From Candidatus Borrarchaeum yapensis (lineage in GTDB: Archaea > Asgardarchaeota > Sifarchaeia > Borrarchaeales > Borrarchaeaceae): a DNA stretch of 32,000 bases. The notes under the pieces were generated by a model. The model worked only from the letters and a program-made list of their open reading frames with translations. It was not told the origin of the DNA and made no database searches. This document shows, piece by piece, positions 27,511 through 32,000 of this stretch. Positions within the stretch are counted from its first letter, which is position 1. Each line of letters begins with the position of its first letter. Both the position numbers and the translations under genes were made by a program. The stretch spans positions 33,587-65,586 of the forward strand of contig JAEOSF010000013.1 of the NCBI GenBank assembly GCA_016840515.1. Reading direction: 5' to 3'.

Positions 27511-28443
27511 GTGTCACAAAGCAACGTAAAAAAGGTTCTCCCTTTAGAAGTTAGAAGATCACTCTCGACAGATAAAATCCTTCCAGGCAATACTATCAAT
27601 GTACAAATCTTGGTTACAAACACAACACAGTATCCCATAGAATCGCTTTATATCATTGAGGGAGATATCCAACCCGCTAATGAGGTTGAAATTTTCCCAG
27701 TTACAGAAATTGACTCGATGCAATTCATTCATCAAGGTATTACTCCCCCTACGAAACAACATTCTTTTCAGTATTCAATTACTCTTCATCCATACTCGAC
27801 TAGTGAACATGTTTCAATAGGTGATATGCAGGTAAGTTTTTCTGTAAATAGATTGCCAACTCAAATGACAGTTCCTGGGGCAACTATAACTGTAGAAAGC
27901 ATCCCAATCGAAGAACTTGAAATATCTGGGGGATACTATTCGTGTCCAAATTGTGGGGAACACCATGAGCTTGATACTGTACTATGTACGAACTGTGGTT
28001 TTGAAATCAATCAAGAGACGTTACAAAAAATTTGGTCAAATACCGGTCATATGAACCTTATTGAAGAAGAGCTTATCCAAAGAGATAAACAAGAAATCCA
28101 AATCGATGAAATGGTCAAATCAGAAGAAATACCTGACCAAGTGGAAGAGACGCCGGTTCAAGCTGAATTACCTGACCAAATGGAAATAATGTACTTAAAA
28201 CAGGCCGCACAGTCTTTTCAAGAAGATAATTGTGAAGAATGTCTCTTAAATCTCAAAATAGCTGTTCAGATCATAAAAAAAATTCATCCAACTGCGCTTC
28301 AGAGCTCGAATGGCGTTGTAGAAAAACTATTGACGAATATTGTGAAATATGATGGAACACCAGTTAGCAAAAGAACTGCTGCAACAAGCTTGAAGTTCGT
28401 AATTAATTTTATAAAGTCATTGAAAACTGCAGCTAGTAAATAA
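27511..28443 (+). CDS. Beta-sandwich-like N-terminal domain + zinc ribbon + helical C-terminus; hypothetical
   Basis: VNIQILVTNTTQYPIESLYI...; YYSCPNCGEHHELDTVLCTNCGFEI four-Cys zinc ribbon. Confidence 0.6.
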   Translation: MSQSNVKKVLPLEVRRSLSTDKILPGNTINVQILVTNTTQYPIESLYIIEGDIQPANEVEIFPVTEIDSMQFIHQGITPPTKQHSFQYSITLHPYSTSEHVSIGDMQVSFSVNRLPTQMTVPGATITVESIPIEELEISGGYYSCPNCGEHHELDTVLCTNCGFEINQETLQKIWSNTGHMNLIEEELIQRDKQEIQIDEMVKSEEIPDQVEETPVQAELPDQMEIMYLKQAAQSFQEDNCEECLLNLKIAVQIIKKIHPTALQSSNGVVEKLLTNIVKYDGTPVSKRTAATSLKFVINFIKSLKTAASK

Positions 28444-28556
28444 ACTCATTAAGACTTCAACCTGAAGAAAACCTCCCTTCAGAGGAGTTTAAATGATTTA
28501 GTTTTTATGTTCTTGAAACAATTAATATTCAAAACTAAAAATATGAGCTGCTACTT

Positions 28557-29912
28557 TTGGAGTCCTATGATGTTTCTCTTAAGTTAATAAACTATGATCT
28601 TATTCTTCAACCTCATGTTTTTCTCGATGTAACCCCTATACAACATCTGTTAGAATATGATGCAAAATTCAAAAATTTTAAAGCACTACCTATGTTTTTT
28701 CCAGAGATTGTGCAATTTCTTACTTCAAGATATGTCGTGAAAATCGATTTTACTTATGGAGAAAAACTTAGTTTTGAAACGGTGCCAAGTTACTCTCTAC
28801 GTCCTTATCAAGAAGATGCACTAAGTGAATGGATCAAAAATGATTATAGAGGTATAATTTGCCTTCCTACAGGTACTGGAAAGACATTCTTGGGTCTGAC
28901 AGCAATTCATCAAACGAAAAACAGAACATTAATCATCGTTCCGACTATTAATCTTTTGCACCAGTGGCGTTGTAACGTTATTGAAGGATTAGACATATCT
29001 AAGGAAAAAATAGGCATTTGGGGAGGAGGAAAGCAAGAATTAAATGAAATTACAATTACAACATATGATTCAGCTCACATTTACATAAAACGATTTCAAA
29101 ACGCTTTTAACCTTCTTATTTTCGATGAAGTACATCATCTCCCTGCTCCAACTTATCGCGTAATTGCAGAAGGGACAATTGCTTCAAAAAGGTTAGGATT
29201 GAGTGCAACCCCGGAAAGAAGCGATGAATTACATCGAGATCTTGATATTCTTGTTGGAAAAGTCGTTTATCGACTTGAGCATGAAAAATTAGTGGATGAT
29301 GGGTACGTTGCGCCTTTTGAGTTAAAAACAATAACAATAGAACTAGCAGAAGATGAAAAAAGAAGATATGATGCTTTAGACAAAGTTTATCAAGATTATG
29401 TTAAAAAATACCATGTTTTTGATTTTGAGAAATTAGTTTTGCGATCTGGGCGTGACAAAAAGGCAAGGAATGCTTTACTAGCACGCCAAGAGGCCAGAAA
29501 GATTTCATTTGGCAGTGGAAGAAAATTGGATGTACTTGAAGAACTCTTGATACAGCATCAGCAGGATAGAGTAATTATCTTTTGTGAATTCAACGAGATA
29601 GTGCACGAGATAGCAAAGAGGTTTCTTATCCCCGAAATCACACACAAAACCAAGTATGAAGAACGAAAAACATATTTGGAGAGTTTTAAAAACGGTCAGT
29701 ACTCTAAACTTGTTACAGGACGCGTGTTGGATGAAGGGTGGGATGTTGATGCCAACATAGGCATAATCATTAGCGGTTCAGGTTCAAAAAGACAGTTTAT
29801 TCAGAGGCTAGGTAGAATTTTACGACCTTCTGACACACATTTGAAGGCAATCCTATATGAACTTGTTACAAAGGAAACACTTGAAGTTTCAACCGCATCC
29901 CGAAGGAAATAA
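28557..29912 (+). CDS. XPB-like SF2 DNA helicase
   Basis: LRPYQEDALSEW, ICLPTGTGKTFLG, LLIFDEVHHLPAPTY, LGLSATPERSD, VTGRVLDEGWDVDANIGIIISGSGSKRQFIQRLGRILRP. Confidence 0.88.
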   Translation: MESYDVSLKLINYDLILQPHVFLDVTPIQHLLEYDAKFKNFKALPMFFPEIVQFLTSRYVVKIDFTYGEKLSFETVPSYSLRPYQEDALSEWIKNDYRGIICLPTGTGKTFLGLTAIHQTKNRTLIIVPTINLLHQWRCNVIEGLDISKEKIGIWGGGKQELNEITITTYDSAHIYIKRFQNAFNLLIFDEVHHLPAPTYRVIAEGTIASKRLGLSATPERSDELHRDLDILVGKVVYRLEHEKLVDDGYVAPFELKTITIELAEDEKRRYDALDKVYQDYVKKYHVFDFEKLVLRSGRDKKARNALLARQEARKISFGSGRKLDVLEELLIQHQQDRVIIFCEFNEIVHEIAKRFLIPEITHKTKYEERKTYLESFKNGQYSKLVTGRVLDEGWDVDANIGIIISGSGSKRQFIQRLGRILRPSDTHLKAILYELVTKETLEVSTASRRK

Positions 29913-30040
29913 AGAGACTATAAGATCATCTCATTAAAGGTTTTTTTGGTTATATCATAACTAAAATAAGAAGTAAGATAATATATGATAATACAATCTC
30001 AAAACAAATTGTCTTTAAATTGATTTGGGGGCTAATTTAA

Positions 30041-31231
30041 ATGTCAGCGGATGACACACGTGTTTATATGGATTATACTGCTTCATCACCAGTTGATCCT
30101 AGAGTTATTGAGGCTATGATGCCCTTTTTTACTAGAAAATTTGGAAATCCCTCTTCTTTTCACTCATTTGGTGCTGAAGTGAGAGAACCGATGGAAGAGG
30201 CCCGAAACAAGATAGGCCAATTAATCGGTGCTGAAGACCCGAAACGCGAGATTATCTTTACATCAGGTGCGACAGAAAGTAGCAATATCGCAATAAAGGG
30301 TACTGCATATCGCGCTAGAGGTAAGAACCACATCATCACCACTGCTGTAGAACATATGTCTGTAATAAACATCACTAAAGCGCTTATGAAAGAGGGTTTT
30401 GAAGTAACTGTAATACCTGTGGATGAATATGCAATGGTAGATCCTGGTGCTATTAGTGACGCAATAACTGAAAAAACATTTCTAGTCTCTGTGATGTACG
30501 CAAATGGTGAAGTGGGTTCTATACAACCTTTTAAGGAAATTGGGAAGATAACACGGGAAAATAAGATATATCTTCATACAGATGGCGTAGCCGCAATTGG
30601 AAAGGTTCCAATAAATGTTATTGATGAAAATATCGATCTTCTTTCTATTTCATCAAATGATATTTATGGCCCAAAAGGTACTGGTGCATTATACGTCCGA
30701 AAAGGTGTGAGCATTCAAGGAGTTTTACAAGGTGGAGGGCAAGAAAGAGGAATTAGAAGCGGTACTGAAGATATTCCGAGTATAGTTGGATTTGGCAAAG
30801 CAGCTGAAATTATCCAAGCTGAAATGACACAAGAAAACAAACGCATAGAACGAATTAGGGATAAAATTATTTCTGGAATTTTGGACAATATCCCCGAATC
30901 ATATTTAAATGGTCACCCCACTAAAAGACTTCCAAATAATGTGCATGTAAGGTTTAGTTATATTGAAGGTGAGTCTCTTATCCTTGACTTAGACGAAAAG
31001 GGTATTGCGTGCAGTTCGGGCTCAGCATGTGCTGCTAAAACATTGGAACCTTCTCATGTGCTTAGAGCTTGTGGCTTACCTCATGAATTGGTGCATGGAT
31101 CAATTCTATTTACAATGGGAAGATGGACTAAAGAAGATGATACAGATCGTGTAATCGAAGCTTTGCCCCCTATTGTTAAAAGACTTAGGTTATTATCTCC
31201 GTTGACTCCAAAGGAATTAAAGGAGGCTTAA
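30041..31231 (+). CDS. iscS: IscS/NifS-family cysteine desulfurase-like protein with non-canonical PLP site (His-Lys replaced by Asn-Asp)
   Basis: VYMDYTASSPVDPRVIEAMMPFF, GNPSSFHSFG, FTSGATESSNIAIKG, TTAVEHMSVIN, YGPKGTGALYVRKG, CSSGSACAAKTLEPSHVLRACG; followed 3 nt after the stop codon by iscU. Confidence 0.9.
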   Translation: MSADDTRVYMDYTASSPVDPRVIEAMMPFFTRKFGNPSSFHSFGAEVREPMEEARNKIGQLIGAEDPKREIIFTSGATESSNIAIKGTAYRARGKNHIITTAVEHMSVINITKALMKEGFEVTVIPVDEYAMVDPGAISDAITEKTFLVSVMYANGEVGSIQPFKEIGKITRENKIYLHTDGVAAIGKVPINVIDENIDLLSISSNDIYGPKGTGALYVRKGVSIQGVLQGGGQERGIRSGTEDIPSIVGFGKAAEIIQAEMTQENKRIERIRDKIISGILDNIPESYLNGHPTKRLPNNVHVRFSYIEGESLILDLDEKGIACSSGSACAAKTLEPSHVLRACGLPHELVHGSILFTMGRWTKEDDTDRVIEALPPIVKRLRLLSPLTPKELKEA

Positions 31232-31234
31232 AAA

Positions 31235-32000
31235 GTGGCGGGAATTTATTCAGAAAAAGTTTTAGATCATTTCAGGAATCCTCGTAATGTTGGCGAGTTG
31301 GAAGACACTGAAGACGTTGGGATTGGAAAGGTGGGCAATCCTGTGTGTTTAATACCTGAAACATTAATTCATATGAATAGTCATCTCAACCGTATTGAAA
31401 TTGCGTCTTCCAAAGACCGAGTACTTACTCACAATGGTATGTATCACAAGGTAATTCACAGGACAGAAAGAGAGTATGATGGCGACATTCTGATTCTAAA
31501 GAACAAGTTTGGAGAAGTTACAGTAACGCCTGATCATATGGTTCTAGCTATCAAAGTGCCTAAAGGAGACAAGTTCTTGCGAACCAAACACAGAAAAGAA
31601 CTTTTATCTGCTTGGTATCACGCTGAAGATCTTAGGAAAGGCGATATAGTCCTTTACCCCATTCTGAAAGAAACTAAAGATATGGAATTCATTGACATCG
31701 AAATCAGGAAATCAAAATGGGATTTTTGTAGTAAACCGATTCCAAAAAAGATACCTGTTAGTGATAACTTTCTTAGGTTATGTGGTTATTTCATTTCCGA
31801 AGGCCATCCAAGAGAAGAGCCTTCCAAGACATATATCGAGTTCAGTCTAAACATCAAAGAAAGAGATATCGAAGAAGATATTAGGAGAATAACTAAGAAC
31901 TTGTTCAATATCGATATTAAAATTAGTGAAAAACCAAAGAAAAAGACGCGACAAGTGTTTATCTATAATGCAGTTCTAACAAGATTCTTCAAGAAGCTAT
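31235..32000 (+). CDS. iscU: IscU iron-sulfur scaffold precursor interrupted by an intein; truncated at right edge; absent from the ORF track
   Basis: GTG 31235 after AGGAGG. N-extein MAGIYSEKVLDHFRNPRNVGELEDTEDVGIGKVGNPV is the IscU N-terminus. It breaks off after GNPV where IscU continues CGDxMxL. Confidence 0.88.
   Translation, partial: MAGIYSEKVLDHFRNPRNVGELEDTEDVGIGKVGNPVCLIPETLIHMNSHLNRIEIASSKDRVLTHNGMYHKVIHRTEREYDGDILILKNKFGEVTVTPDHMVLAIKVPKGDKFLRTKHRKELLSAWYHAEDLRKGDIVLYPILKETKDMEFIDIEIRKSKWDFCSKPIPKKIPVSDNFLRLCGYFISEGHPREEPSKTYIEFSLNIKERDIEEDIRRITKNLFNIDIKISEKPKKKTRQVFIYNAVLTRFFKKL
31346..32000 (+). mobile_element. Intein within IscU, with DOD (LAGLIDADG) homing endonuclease block (3' part beyond window)
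   Basis: Starts CLIPETLIHMN (block A); block B GEVTVTPDHMVLAI; endonuclease-like LCGYFISEGHPREEPSKTYIEFSLN. Confidence 0.88.

Noticed and set aside
1-32000. tRNA/rRNA genes and CRISPR arrays
   Set aside because: No T-arm GGTTCRAATCC-type sequence with cloverleaf, rRNA core or regular repeat-spacer pattern was recognised by eye. tRNAscan-SE or barrnap would be decisive.

Overview
This 32 kb window is protein-dense, AT-rich archaeal DNA. The gene content is archaeal: RfcL, Alba, RpoH/Rpb5, CofC, CofD and XPB. A eukaryote-like full-length Rpb5 hints at an Asgard-type lineage, but that is inference. Supported genes include a NosD-like parallel beta-helix surface protein (open at the left edge), a divergent P-type ATPase, RFC large subunit, two polysaccharide deacetylases, an M24 peptidase, CofC, an IPMDH/IDH-family dehydrogenase, a V4R protein, a Dus/DHOD-like TIM barrel coupled to CofD, RpoH/Rpb5, an AlkP-superfamily phosphodiesterase, a NapH/NosR-like ferredoxin, a radical SAM protein, a subtilase, three tandem Alba paralogues, an XPB-like helicase, an IscS and an IscU. 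The IscU is truncated by the right edge. The most interesting observations are: (1) an intein with DOD endonuclease signature interrupting IscU exactly before the presumed first cluster-ligating Cys, which the ORF track omits; (2) an adjacent IscS whose PLP-binding His-Lys is replaced by Asn-Asp; (3) an RpoH with a eukaryote-like N-terminal jaw domain; (4) a ~400 nt non-coding region at about 19.2-19.6 kb with many nested helices and a possible pseudoknot; (5) an IS200/IS605-type (omegaRNA-like) remnant near 27.06-27.33 kb; (6) a triplicated Alba locus; (7) a P-type ATPase with non-canonical ion-site motifs. No tRNA, rRNA or CRISPR array was recognised. All family calls come from motif reading by eye; no database search was run.
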